Source: a virus
Lineage: Duplodnaviria > Caudoviricetes
Direction: 5' to 3' (one strand)
Virus record (IMG/VR): IMGVR_UViG_3300030372_000592
Span: 1-38,403 of that record
Length of the DNA stretch: 38,403 bases
Shown here piece after piece: positions 26,004-34,997 of the stretch. Below the pieces are notes generated by a model. That model was not told the DNA's origin. It saw only the letters and a program-made list of their open reading frames with translations, and made no database searches. Every line of letters begins with the position of its first letter. Positions within the stretch are counted from its first letter, which is position 1. The translations under genes and the position numbers were made by a program.

Positions 26004-29000
26004 ATGAACGGACAAAATAAAATAACACTTACGCCTGAACAGGCTGACAGATTAAATCAATATTTCATAAATAGAAATGATTCTTTAAACCTATATGGAG
26101 GTATGCCTGAAACTAATATACCTGAAGAAGACTTGTCTTTTGAAGAAAGTGGTGAGAAGAGCTGGCTTTCTAATAAAGTTGATGAGTGGCTACCAAATAT
26201 AGTTAAAAAAGCTTATAATGAGTCAATACAAGGTATGGGTAAAGAGCTTATTACTGGTGAAAAAAGATTTAATTTAGATGGGTATGACCCAGGAGTAAAG
26301 GGAGATATAGGAGCAACAGTTCTATCTTTCTTTATGCCAGTTGATTTGCTTACAACAGTAGCTGGTGGTGGATTCGGTGGATTAGCTGCTAAAGCAGGTG
26401 CTAAAAATGCTCTAGGAAGAGCAGTTACAATGGGTTCAAAAAAACTCATGCAAGCTGGTATAAAAAAAGAAACTGCTAGAGAGGTAATAGAGGCTGGCTC
26501 AAAAAAAATATTAGATGAAGCTGGAACTCAAGCTGGAGCAGCGTTTACATATTCTGGCTTACAATCAGCCCTCAGTCAAAAGATGAAAGATGAGAGAGTA
26601 GACTGGTCTGAAGTGTTAACAGATGCGTCAAGAAATAGTTTGGTTGCTGGTTTAGGTGGTTCTGTACTAGGAAGAGCTAAGGGTAGAGGTCAGGGTAAAC
26701 TAGCTGGATATACTCAAGAAGCATTCACAATAGGAACATTAGACCCAGTATTAAGAGGTGAGTCTCCAACAGTCGAAGGTTATATACAATCGGTTGGATT
26801 TGCTATGGGTCTTACTGGAGCAGCTAATACAGCTAGGTCTTTAAGAAAATACAAGGATAACATTAACAAAGTTTACTTGCTAGATGAGCAATCAAAAGTA
26901 AATCCTATAAGTAAGTTAAGTGTTGAAGATAGAGCAAAGCAAGCTGAGGTTGCAAGAGAATTTACTGAAGCAAAATGGCAAAGTGAGAGAGGTGCTAAGC
27001 TTTGGTCTAAAAAAACAGGTTCGGAAACAGTCAGGATAATAAAGAGCGGAGAGGATAAGAAAGGTAAGTTTTACAAAGTTATAGATAACCAAAGCCAAAA
27101 GCAAAAGAAAATTTATAAAAATACTTTCTTTAGAAATTACCAAGAAGAAAATTTATCCAGAATAAAAACTCAAAAAAGTATAGCTAGTATAGCAAAAAAT
27201 CTAGGAATAAATCCAGAAACAGAAGCTTTTATTCTTTTAGGTAAAGCTACTTCACTATTATCAGATAGAGAACTTTTAAATTATAATCAAAAACTATTTA
27301 ATAAGTATATCAATAGAGACTTTAGAAGAGAGTTTGCAGATTACTCGGATTCAATACCGCAGCAAGATTTATTAGATTCTTGGCTCGGAACATCTATTGC
27401 TAATCTCATAAAAACAGCTCCAAAAACTTTTAAAGATAGAGGTTCTCAGGCAATAGTAAAAACTTTTTACCAGATATCAGATAACGTATCTTTGTTTGAG
27501 GCTAAGTCCAGAAAAGAAGTAATAAAGCTTAGAGAACTTTTAGGTACAAACGAAAACGAACTAAGACAAGTATTTTTAGAAGCTACTGGAAGAAAAAAAG
27601 CTACAAAGAAAAACGCTGCTAAGTTACAAGAAATAAAAAAAATATTTGACGACAGATTAGAGTATGCTAAACGTGGAAATATAGCTGCTGCTGGAAAGAT
27701 ATCAAAGTTTTTACCTCAATATTTTAGACATGATATAAAAGATTTATTGTTTGACGACTATATAAAAGTTGAGAAGGCAACAGCTTTAATGTACAAATCA
27801 GGTGAACTGCAAAAGTTTGAAAAAGATTTAATACAGACTATAGTTCTTGATAAAATGGCAAACAATAAACTTAGTGCACCTTTTAGAGAGTTAATGGATG
27901 ATATTATAAGGCAAGAACAGCAGAGAACTGGAAAAAAGATGAGTTATGCTGAAGCGTATGCTTTATTTAGAGAGGATGCACTACCCAGCAAGGTAAATCC
28001 GCACGGAAGTATAGAGAACCCTAGAAAATTTGAGATACCCACAAACTTACTAGAAACTGACCCTGTAAAGCTATTGGCTATATACGATTCAAGGCTTGGT
28101 AGGAGGGTTGAAACAGCTAGAGTTTGGGGTAATAATAATCAGTTTATAACTAAAGCCATATCAAATATTAAAAGCTCAGATGAGCAAATAAGATTAAGGG
28201 GTATGGTAGATAAAATGACTGGCTATTCCAATGTAGAAGCTTTTCAAAAAATGAATCCAAATCTTAGAAAGTTTGTTGATAACGTAATGGCTTTTGAGGC
28301 TATAACAAAAATATCTCTTGGTGATGCAACTATAAAAAATGTAGGTCAGACTCTCATATCTACAATGCCTATGCTTGGAATGATGAGAACTGGAAAAGCT
28401 TTTATAAAGATAACAACAGATAAAGAGTTTAGAGATTCACTTCCATATGTATATCAGGATTTTATAAGAGAGATGGTTGGAAGTGTGGGTTCTAGTGGTG
28501 GTAAATTTGATATGCTTGGAGCAGCTCAAATAGCCTCTAAGCTTGGATTTGAGCAAGCAAATAAATTTAACGCTTTATTATCTGCTGCTACTGCAAAACT
28601 AGCAATAGATGATTACATAAAAATGTACAAAAAAAATCCAGATGGGGTTAAGGGTAGATATGCAAAAGAAAAGCTTAAATCATTTTTTAGTCTAGATGTA
28701 GATAAAATTGATTCTTTAGATAACAATAAAATACAGGGTGCTATTAGTGCATTCTCAAAACGGTCTCAGGTTCAAAGAGATTTTTTAAGAGAACAAGACT
28801 GGCTTAGTAAGCCTGAAGTAAGACCTTTTGTACTTTTCAAAAGTTTTGGTCTCAAACAAGCACAGCTAATGACAGAATCAATAAAAGAAGAGTTAAGGCT
28901 TGGTAATCCTATGATTGTAGCAAGGATGGCTATTGGCGGATATGCTGGCTCTCAGTTAGTTGGAGCAGGATTAGATTTAATTAGCAGAGTAACCTCAGGT

Positions 29001-29567
29001 AGATGGAACTACGATGATAAAGACCCGATACCAAATCAAATAGCTGAAGGTATAGCAACCATAGGAGCATTTGGTATGTTGTCAGATTTTATGGCTGCTG
29101 AAGATAAATTTAATGCTTTATCGTTTGCTGTAAAGCCAGTGCTATATGATGATTTAGTTAGAGCGGTAGGTAGTTTTCAAGAGTTAACTAAAAGTTTTGA
29201 TGAGTTTGGTTACAACTCAATAGCCGTAAGAAGAGCAACTCATAAAGCATCAAGAATATTTGGAAGTAATGCTAGAAGATTATCTGAAAGATTTATTGCA
29301 ACTGAAGCTCAAAAAAGACAGAGAACTCAAGGAGAAAAGCAGAGAGTTGTTGACAAGATGCATAGGTTTATGATGGCTGGTAATCAAAAATTAGTTATTG
29401 AAAATCTTAAAAGATGGAACAATCTAAATCCATCTAATCCAATCAGTATGAACGATGTAAATTACGAGACTATAGCTACAGCAGCGTTAAGAAAAAATAT
29501 GAAAATTAATACTGAAGACTTAACACCTGAAGAGTTAGAGATATACAAAAGAATAATGAGAAGGTAA
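26004..29567 (+). CDS. Large internal virion / DNA ejection protein
   Basis: 1187 aa helical; Gly/Ala-rich segments; last and largest of the size-ordered series, as for T7 gp16. Confidence 0.6.
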   Translation: MNGQNKITLTPEQADRLNQYFINRNDSLNLYGGMPETNIPEEDLSFEESGEKSWLSNKVDEWLPNIVKKAYNESIQGMGKELITGEKRFNLDGYDPGVKGDIGATVLSFFMPVDLLTTVAGGGFGGLAAKAGAKNALGRAVTMGSKKLMQAGIKKETAREVIEAGSKKILDEAGTQAGAAFTYSGLQSALSQKMKDERVDWSEVLTDASRNSLVAGLGGSVLGRAKGRGQGKLAGYTQEAFTIGTLDPVLRGESPTVEGYIQSVGFAMGLTGAANTARSLRKYKDNINKVYLLDEQSKVNPISKLSVEDRAKQAEVAREFTEAKWQSERGAKLWSKKTGSETVRIIKSGEDKKGKFYKVIDNQSQKQKKIYKNTFFRNYQEENLSRIKTQKSIASIAKNLGINPETEAFILLGKATSLLSDRELLNYNQKLFNKYINRDFRREFADYSDSIPQQDLLDSWLGTSIANLIKTAPKTFKDRGSQAIVKTFYQISDNVSLFEAKSRKEVIKLRELLGTNENELRQVFLEATGRKKATKKNAAKLQEIKKIFDDRLEYAKRGNIAAAGKISKFLPQYFRHDIKDLLFDDYIKVEKATALMYKSGELQKFEKDLIQTIVLDKMANNKLSAPFRELMDDIIRQEQQRTGKKMSYAEAYALFREDALPSKVNPHGSIENPRKFEIPTNLLETDPVKLLAIYDSRLGRRVETARVWGNNNQFITKAISNIKSSDEQIRLRGMVDKMTGYSNVEAFQKMNPNLRKFVDNVMAFEAITKISLGDATIKNVGQTLISTMPMLGMMRTGKAFIKITTDKEFRDSLPYVYQDFIREMVGSVGSSGGKFDMLGAAQIASKLGFEQANKFNALLSAATAKLAIDDYIKMYKKNPDGVKGRYAKEKLKSFFSLDVDKIDSLDNNKIQGAISAFSKRSQVQRDFLREQDWLSKPEVRPFVLFKSFGLKQAQLMTESIKEELRLGNPMIVARMAIGGYAGSQLVGAGLDLISRVTSGRWNYDDKDPIPNQIAEGIATIGAFGMLSDFMAAEDKFNALSFAVKPVLYDDLVRAVGSFQELTKSFDEFGYNSIAVRRATHKASRIFGSNARRLSERFIATEAQKRQRTQGEKQRVVDKMHRFMMAGNQKLVIENLKRWNNLNPSNPISMNDVNYETIATAALRKNMKINTEDLTPEELEIYKRIMRR

Positions 29568-29809
29568 TGGCTAGAAAATTTAAACCAGTAAAGAAAACAA
29601 GGAGAGGAACTCCGTTAAAATACGTGAGGGGTTCAAAGAATCCATCAGCTAGAGAGGCTGAAATACGAAGAACAAGAGAGTTATATAGGATGGGAAAGCT
29701 AACACCAGCTATGATGGATAGAATATCAAAACTAAGGAGTGAAAGTGCCACGAAAAAAAGCAAGCCCAAGAAAAAAAGCAAGTCCAAAAAGAAAAACATC
29801 AGGGGGTAA
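29567..29809 (+). CDS. Highly basic small protein
   Basis: Lys/Arg-rich; G.P.KY..G motif; TAATG coupling. Confidence 0.7.
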   Translation: MARKFKPVKKTRRGTPLKYVRGSKNPSAREAEIRRTRELYRMGKLTPAMMDRISKLRSESATKKSKPKKKSKSKKKNIRG

Positions 29810-30053
29810 AGCAGCTGTATTAGCTAAGTACTCTAAGAGCTCTGGTATATCTAAGGGTACGTTATCTAAGGTCTACTCTAGAGGGTTGGGAGCCTACTAT
29901 TCGAGCGGTTCGAGACCTGGAACTAGTGCTCATGCATGGGCAGCTGGTAGAGTAAGAAGTTTTGCAACAGGAAAAGGTGGAGCTAGAAAAGCTGACGCTG
30001 ATTTAATTAGAGGTGGTAAGAAAAGAAAAACCACTAGAAAGAAGAGGAAGTAA
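29739..30053 (+). CDS. Basic protein, DUF5824-like
   Basis: VYSRGLGAY.SSGSRP...AWA..RV.SF motif; start 29739 or 29745. Confidence 0.7.
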   Translation: MKVPRKKASPRKKASPKRKTSGGKAAVLAKYSKSSGISKGTLSKVYSRGLGAYYSSGSRPGTSAHAWAAGRVRSFATGKGGARKADADLIRGGKKRKTTRKKRK

Positions 30054-30054
30054 T

Positions 30055-30174
30055 ATGCCTGGAAGACATAGTAAAAAGAAAAAAGCAAATGGATTAACGG
30101 CTAAGCAGAGAACATTACCTAAGAAATTACAGCAAAAGATTTTAAAATCTAAAGCTAGAAGAAAGAAAAGATAA
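30055..30174 (+). CDS. 39 aa basic peptide (not in ORF track)
   Basis: MPGRHSKKKKANGLTAKQRTLPKKLQQKILKSKARRKKR; TAATG coupling. Confidence 0.7.
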   Translation: MPGRHSKKKKANGLTAKQRTLPKKLQQKILKSKARRKKR

Positions 30175-30470
30175 TGCCTGCTAAGAAGAAGAGAGACTCA
30201 CGACTAGCTAGAGCTGGTGTATCTGGTTTTAATAAGCCAAAGAGAACACCAAGTCATCCTAAGAAGAGCCATATTGTGGTAGCTAAAGTCGGAGATAAAA
30301 TTAAAACTATTAGATTCGGACAGCAAGGAGCGAAGACTGCTGGTAAACCTAAAGCTGGAGAATCTCGTGCAACTAAAATGAAACGCAAGTCGTTTAAAGC
30401 AAGACATAGAAAGAATATTGCTAAAGGAAAAATGAGCGCAGCTTATTGGGCTAATAGGGTCAAGTGGTAG
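30174..30470 (+). CDS. Basic phage protein
   Basis: KTIRFGQQG, RKSFKARH, SAAYWA..W motifs. Confidence 0.8.
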   Translation: MPAKKKRDSRLARAGVSGFNKPKRTPSHPKKSHIVVAKVGDKIKTIRFGQQGAKTAGKPKAGESRATKMKRKSFKARHRKNIAKGKMSAAYWANRVKW

Positions 30471-30599
30471 ATGCCAAATAAAAAAGCCAAAGAAAGAAAG
30501 CGTAGAAAAAGAAAACTTGCGATTGAGAATAAATCTATTAAGAGATTAATAAAAAAGAAAAAGAAAGAACAAAGAGATGAACAACAAATCTATAGATGA
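30471..30599 (+). CDS. 42 aa basic peptide (not in ORF track)
   Basis: MPNKKAKERKRRKRKLAIENKSIKRLIKKKKKEQRDEQQIYR; abuts the previous stop. Confidence 0.65.
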   Translation: MPNKKAKERKRRKRKLAIENKSIKRLIKKKKKEQRDEQQIYR

Positions 30600-30936
30600 T
30601 ATAATGAGAGAGGCTAGCTTAGCTGAATTTATTTCATCTGCAACAGCAGATAATACAAATGTTGATGTTGGTAATCCAACCATAAAGCCATCTAACATAG
30701 GTACGATGGATATAAGCACCTTAATGGAGTTATTAAAAATGGTTGAACCAATGCAACAAAAAGATATGAGTACGTATGGAGGTGGTAGCGTTGGAGTAGT
30801 TGATAGTCCTATGACTATGCAAATGCTAATGAGAACACAAGAGCCAGTACCTCAAGATACTTCTGGAGTAGGTAGAATGGATATAAATACTCTTATGGAA
30901 ATATTAAGAATGCAGGAGCCTGTTGCTCCTAGATAA
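30577..30936 (+). CDS. Met-rich acidic protein with internal repeat
   Basis: GTMDISTLMELLKMVEP / GRMDINTLMEILRMQEP. Confidence 0.7.
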   Translation: MNNKSIDDIMREASLAEFISSATADNTNVDVGNPTIKPSNIGTMDISTLMELLKMVEPMQQKDMSTYGGGSVGVVDSPMTMQMLMRTQEPVPQDTSGVGRMDINTLMEILRMQEPVAPR

Positions 30937-30942
30937 AGTTTA

Positions 30943-30973
30943 GGGGTGCAGCAAGCAGTAAAAACTACACCCC
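30943..30973. terminator. Stem-loop between convergent operons
   Basis: GGGGTGCAG / CTACACCCC, fully paired (one G-U) on the minus strand. Confidence 0.55.
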
Positions 30974-30994
30974 ACTTCACAGCCGAGGATAAAA

Positions 30995-31171
30995 TTATTT
31001 TTTATTTAATCTTTTAATCTTTTTCTCTCTCTCCCTCCTGAGCTGGGAGGGTTTAGTGTAAAAGCGACGCTCTTCCAGCTCTTCTTTAATACCAACTTCT
31101 CTTACCTTCTTTTTGAACTCAGTAATCATTTTCTGAACTGTTTTATTTTTAGTCTTCTTCACTATTACCAT
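30995..31171 (-). CDS. rpsU: Phage-encoded 30S ribosomal protein bS21 (not in ORF track, 58 aa)
   Basis: MVIVKKTKNKTVQKMITEFKKKVREVGIKEELEERRFYTKPSQLRREREKKIKRLNKK matches the bS21 signature FK.K....GI..E...R.FY.KPS..RR. Confidence 0.9.
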   Translation of the reverse strand: MVIVKKTKNKTVQKMITEFKKKVREVGIKEELEERRFYTKPSQLRREREKKIKRLNKK

Positions 31172-31529
31172 TGTATAAATCTTTCCATTTAGTTTTCATT
31201 TCTTGTTCTGCAAATTTCTCTGCTCTCAGCTCCCATTTATTATCTTTGTATGGGTCATCTCCATAGTTAGCGGCAACAGTTCCAGCTTGATTGTACTTCT
31301 TTTGAAACTTAGCTCTTCCGTATTTCATGGCATCCATCACGTGCTTTGCTTCGTGTAGTACAGTTTTAATCAACAGCTCTGGCTTTAATTTTTCGCTAAT
31401 CAGAACCTTGTCTTGGTCTGGTATATACATACCATCACAGTCCATATTTTTTTCTATACTTATTACTGGGTCTAAGTCATACTGATTCATAACCCACTTA
31501 GCCACTACTCTTTTTATATTATTGGGCAT
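31149..31529 (-). CDS. HExxH zinc metallopeptidase-like protein
   Basis: GMY..I.I, TVLHEAKH, N.WE..A third-ligand helix. Confidence 0.75.
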   Translation of the reverse strand: MPNNIKRVVAKWVMNQYDLDPVISIEKNMDCDGMYIPDQDKVLISEKLKPELLIKTVLHEAKHVMDAMKYGRAKFQKKYNQAGTVAANYGDDPYKDNKWELRAEKFAEQEMKTKWKDLYNGNSEED

Positions 31530-32856
31530 CTAACTCTCTTTTCTTTTCTTCATAATCTTTTGCACTTCTTATATCGTCAAACAGTAAACAGCTATCACCA
31601 GAGTATCCCATCTCCACACTACCAGGAGTTCCATATCTATTCTTAGATACGATTAACATCATTTCATTCTTACCCCATACTCGACCATCTGAATCTGCCT
31701 GACCGAATCTAGACACATAAGGATAGTGTGTAAAGACTACCATCTCTGCATCTTGCTCTAAAGAACCAGACTCTGCTAGGTCTGATAACCTAGGTGTAGC
31801 ATCTATCCTATGCTCTATATTTCTATTAAGCTGCGATACTAATATTACGCACATATCATGTGCTTTAGCAAGCCATTTATACTTCATCGTAGTTTCTCTT
31901 ATCTTATGTCTTAAGTCCCTAGTATCCCTAGATGGAAACTCAATAAGTCCTATATGGTCATCAATCACAACATCAGGTTTTATTCTTTTTATTTCTTCAA
32001 ATGTAGATTGCAAATCACTAACAGAATCATACATAAATAATTTATCTTGATAATTTTCTTTGATAAACTGCATAGCAGTATGTACCTCAGTAGGTGATGA
32101 TGTAGCTCCATGTCTTAGGTTCCTATAAGATAGGCTCATAGACTCCATAGCAATAAACTTCTTCATCATCTCTGTGTTAGGCATTTCTCTGTTGAACATC
32201 ATAACTCTTTTACCAGACAATACTAGCTGTCTAGCTATGTTAGCAGCAACAGTTGTCTTACCATTGGCTGGTCTACCAGCTACGATTGTTATCTCTCCCC
32301 TTGTCATTCCATGTATCACAGAATCAAGAGTATTTAAGCCTGTCTTTATAATGCCTTTACTTTTGAATATTGAGTCATCAGTATCATGAAGCAATGTTTC
32401 GAGGTTAAACTCGTTTTTAGACGGCTTGGTGTTGATTATATTAGATGTATCTGTATTTATCTGCTCTATTATATCATCAAAATCTACAGCGTTATCTTTT
32501 GCTTTGCCTATTAGCTTATGACAGTTATTTACTATACTTCTTCTAAGAAAATCCTCATACATATTCTTAGCTAAATACTCTGCATTTGCAGTCGTAGCTC
32601 CACTGGTTGCTATTCTAGTTAGCTCATAAGACGGTAGCTTTCCATCTAATCTGTTCTTTGGTAGAACTCTTGATACCGATAAAGCATCAACTGGCTCATT
32701 GTTATTGTAAAGCTTGTAACATTCTAACCATACCTGTTTATTAAAAGAGTTATAGAATACATCTTCTTCAGGTATCCATCTTCTTATATCTTCTATACAC
32801 TCTGGCTTGTTAAGTATGCAGAACAACAAAGCTTCTTCTGTTTCTAAATTGTACAT
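31519..32856 (-). CDS. dnaB: Replicative DNA helicase (DnaB-like)
   Basis: AGRPANGKT, VVIDDH, SQLNR, PRLSDLAESGSLEQDA, KNRYG; DnaB N-terminal domain. Confidence 0.96.
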   Translation of the reverse strand: MYNLETEEALLFCILNKPECIEDIRRWIPEEDVFYNSFNKQVWLECYKLYNNNEPVDALSVSRVLPKNRLDGKLPSYELTRIATSGATTANAEYLAKNMYEDFLRRSIVNNCHKLIGKAKDNAVDFDDIIEQINTDTSNIINTKPSKNEFNLETLLHDTDDSIFKSKGIIKTGLNTLDSVIHGMTRGEITIVAGRPANGKTTVAANIARQLVLSGKRVMMFNREMPNTEMMKKFIAMESMSLSYRNLRHGATSSPTEVHTAMQFIKENYQDKLFMYDSVSDLQSTFEEIKRIKPDVVIDDHIGLIEFPSRDTRDLRHKIRETTMKYKWLAKAHDMCVILVSQLNRNIEHRIDATPRLSDLAESGSLEQDAEMVVFTHYPYVSRFGQADSDGRVWGKNEMMLIVSKNRYGTPGSVEMGYSGDSCLLFDDIRSAKDYEEKKRELDAQ

Positions 32857-33246
32857 TTATCCTCTGTCTATTCTTGGTGGAATCCTATCCAGCATTTTAA
32901 ACTCGTGCTCTTGCTTAGATTTCTTTGTCATGGTGGCATTGTTTATTATAGCTGCTAGGTATGGTAATCCCTTACCTTCTCTAGCGACATTGTTTTCTAT
33001 GTATTGATTCATAGATATAATAGCCATCTCCTCATCGGATTCTCTTGTGCTCTCTAAGAATGAATATATCTCCCTATTTGATAAATCAACAGTTCTACTT
33101 TTGTTTATCTCGGATTTTACATATTCGTATAGCTTACCATACTCTTTACTGCGAGACAAAAGAATGGTATCTATTTGTTTGTTTAGATTCTTAGACTTAA
33201 GAGTCGAGCCGCAACTAGGGCATCTATCTGCAGATTTCCTACTCAC
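32857..33246 (-). CDS. Hypothetical protein, possible helicase loader or initiator (GTG 33246 likely start)
   Basis: CPSCG knuckle; YLAAII.N reminiscent of DnaD-like C-termini; abuts dnaB; function speculative. Confidence 0.55.
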   Translation of the reverse strand: MSRKSADRCPSCGSTLKSKNLNKQIDTILLSRSKEYGKLYEYVKSEINKSRTVDLSNREIYSFLESTRESDEEMAIISMNQYIENNVAREGKGLPYLAAIINNATMTKKSKQEHEFKMLDRIPPRIDRG

Positions 33247-33544
33247 AGTTAGGACAAGGCTCTTTCTCCAGGGGAATATTGACGAAGCTTTCCTCATCTA
33301 GATAATAAAAATCATCTACAGTTCCTTCGCTGAAATAACACCAACCTTTCTCGCAGTGCTCACACCTCCTAGGTGGATTACTAGTTCTTTTCTTAGATGC
33401 TGCTATACCTCTCCTTAGAGTTCTATCTCCCTGAAGGTCAAACCATTCATCACTAAAATAGTAAACTAAAGACTCTTGTTTTGCCACCTCTCTAGCTTTG
33501 TATAATAATTCATCCTCTTTTTTCCATCCTGTAACAGGTGTCAT
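33239..33544 (-). CDS. Zinc-binding hypothetical protein
   Basis: ATGA overlap at 33541-33544 gives the start; CEHC...CPNC. Confidence 0.7.
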   Translation of the reverse strand: MTPVTGWKKEDELLYKAREVAKQESLVYYFSDEWFDLQGDRTLRRGIAASKKRTSNPPRRCEHCEKGWCYFSEGTVDDFYYLDEESFVNIPLEKEPCPNCE

Positions 33545-33852
33545 TTCTGAGCTTGGAGAACACTCACCATTTCTAACCATTCGTCGTACCTCTGAATCAA
33601 ATAAATTTGCCCACGGTCTTCTTTCACTAACTGTATGTCTACTTCCTCGCTTGGTTTCAACCATTTTGCTACTCTCTTTCTTACTTTACATTGTGCTTTA
33701 TATTTATCTATTAGTATGTCAACTTCTGATGTTAATCCTAAAGACCTACCATCAGAACCCCAAGCTCTGATAGCTCTTACATCTTTATCTTTTGCTACCT
33801 CAACACACTCTCTTTCAAATCTATTTCCCTTTTGTTTACTTTTGCTTGACAT
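33541..33852 (-). CDS. Holliday junction resolvase (Hjc-like PD-(D/E)XK)
   Basis: KQKGNRFERE, EVDIL, QCK; SD GGAGA before ATG 33852. Confidence 0.8.
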   Translation of the reverse strand: MSSKSKQKGNRFERECVEVAKDKDVRAIRAWGSDGRSLGLTSEVDILIDKYKAQCKVRKRVAKWLKPSEEVDIQLVKEDRGQIYLIQRYDEWLEMVSVLQAQK

Positions 33853-34153
33853 ATATTTCTCCAAATGATGTTTCTTTAGATTCGACACCTATATACCCAA
33901 AATTTCCTCTACGATAATTTTGCTCTGCTATACTCATTTTATTGTATTGCTTAGAACACTTATCGCAAAGAACATAATTTTTATATCCTGACATCTCTGG
34001 CATTTTATTATCATCATCCTCATGCAGCTCTACTTTTGTTGGTGTCTCGGAAGATAGTATAGCGTGCCAATACTCACTTCTTTGAACCCCACAGTGAGAG
34101 CAATACTTAGGTAGGTTTATTTTCTTTAGACTCTTCGCTTCTTTGATTAACAT
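33836..34153 (-). CDS. Zinc-binding hypothetical protein
   Basis: CSHC...CDKC; SD GAGG. Confidence 0.7.
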   Translation of the reverse strand: MLIKEAKSLKKINLPKYCSHCGVQRSEYWHAILSSETPTKVELHEDDDNKMPEMSGYKNYVLCDKCSKQYNKMSIAEQNYRRGNFGYIGVESKETSFGEIYVKQK

Positions 34154-34343
34154 TCTTCAATTCCTCTGCTTTGTTCTCTATGAACTTAGCTAATTTATCA
34201 GTATCTTTTTTCATTTCCAAATAGTTTTCTAGCAGCACTCTCATAGATTCCATCGTAGAACCCATAGCACTTACTACCCTAAACAATGTTCCTACATCTG
34301 CGTAAACTTCTTTCATGGTAGGCTTTTGTTTTTTTCTTTTCAT
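34107..34343 (-). CDS. Hypothetical helical protein
   Basis: SD GGAGA before ATG 34343. Confidence 0.75.
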   Translation of the reverse strand: MKRKKQKPTMKEVYADVGTLFRVVSAMGSTMESMRVLLENYLEMKKDTDKLAKFIENKAEELKNVNQRSEESKENKPT

Positions 34344-34360
34344 ATTATCTCCAAAAAGTT

Positions 34361-34469
34361 TTGGTAGAGAGAAGACGCCAATCCCCTTATCAAATGCCAA
34401 CCTAAAAACCACGATTTATATTATTAGTACCCTGGTTAATTAAGTCTTTATTTAATATCTCTCTACCAA
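34361..34469 (-). ncRNA. Candidate structured intergenic RNA closed by a 12-bp stem
   Basis: TTGGTAGAGAGA (34361-34372) / TCTCTCTACCAA (34458-34469) enclosing 85 nt; spans almost the whole intergenic gap. Confidence 0.5.
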
Positions 34470-34472
34470 TTA

Positions 34473-34718
34473 TTATTCAGCCTCGTATCCGTAAGAAGCT
34501 GGTGAATTCTTATAATTTGTATATCTCTTTCTAAGTTTATGTATTAAATATTTATCATCTCTCTTGGATAGTTCATAGATAGGAGTGCTAGGTTTTATCT
34601 CACGCTTAGCATCTACACAAGCCTCTATTCCCTTATCATACCCCATCAAGTCGCACATCTTATCCATAATCTCATTCCACGTTTCTATCTTCACTCTGAC
34701 TCTCTTTCGTGTTAACAA
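34473..34718 (-). CDS. Hypothetical protein
   Basis: TTG start with GAGG; operon orientation. Confidence 0.65.
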   Translation of the reverse strand: MLTRKRVRVKIETWNEIMDKMCDLMGYDKGIEACVDAKREIKPSTPIYELSKRDDKYLIHKLRKRYTNYKNSPASYGYEAE

Positions 34719-34842
34719 CCAGACCTCTAATCTCTGCTTGTCTCCATATAAACTTTTTAAATTCTTCTATGTCATCATCTGTGCTGCCATTTCCTTTCGT
34801 CACATACATAGACTCTAGCTCTTCTATATGTTTAAACTTCAC
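34672..34842 (-). CDS. 56 aa hypothetical protein (not in ORF track)
   Basis: GTG start behind GGAGG; MKFKHIEELESMYVTKGNGSTDDDIEEFKKFIWRQAEIRGLVV... Confidence 0.65.
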   Translation of the reverse strand: MKFKHIEELESMYVTKGNGSTDDDIEEFKKFIWRQAEIRGLVVNTKESQSEDRNVE

Positions 34843-34975
34843 TATAACTATCCTCCAATAATTTAATTATACTATTCCAAAATTCTTCATTTTTATCAGA
34901 ACATGACCCACATACTTTGTCATCAACTATATCTTTTGATGGGTCTAAATCTTTAAAACAATCTCTGCAACTCAT
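34832..34975 (-). CDS. Small zinc-finger protein
   Basis: MSCRDC...CGSC; SD AGGA before ATG 34975. Confidence 0.65.
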   Translation of the reverse strand: MSCRDCFKDLDPSKDIVDDKVCGSCSDKNEEFWNSIIKLLEDSYSEV

Positions 34976-34997
34976 ATATATCCTATGATTATGGTAT

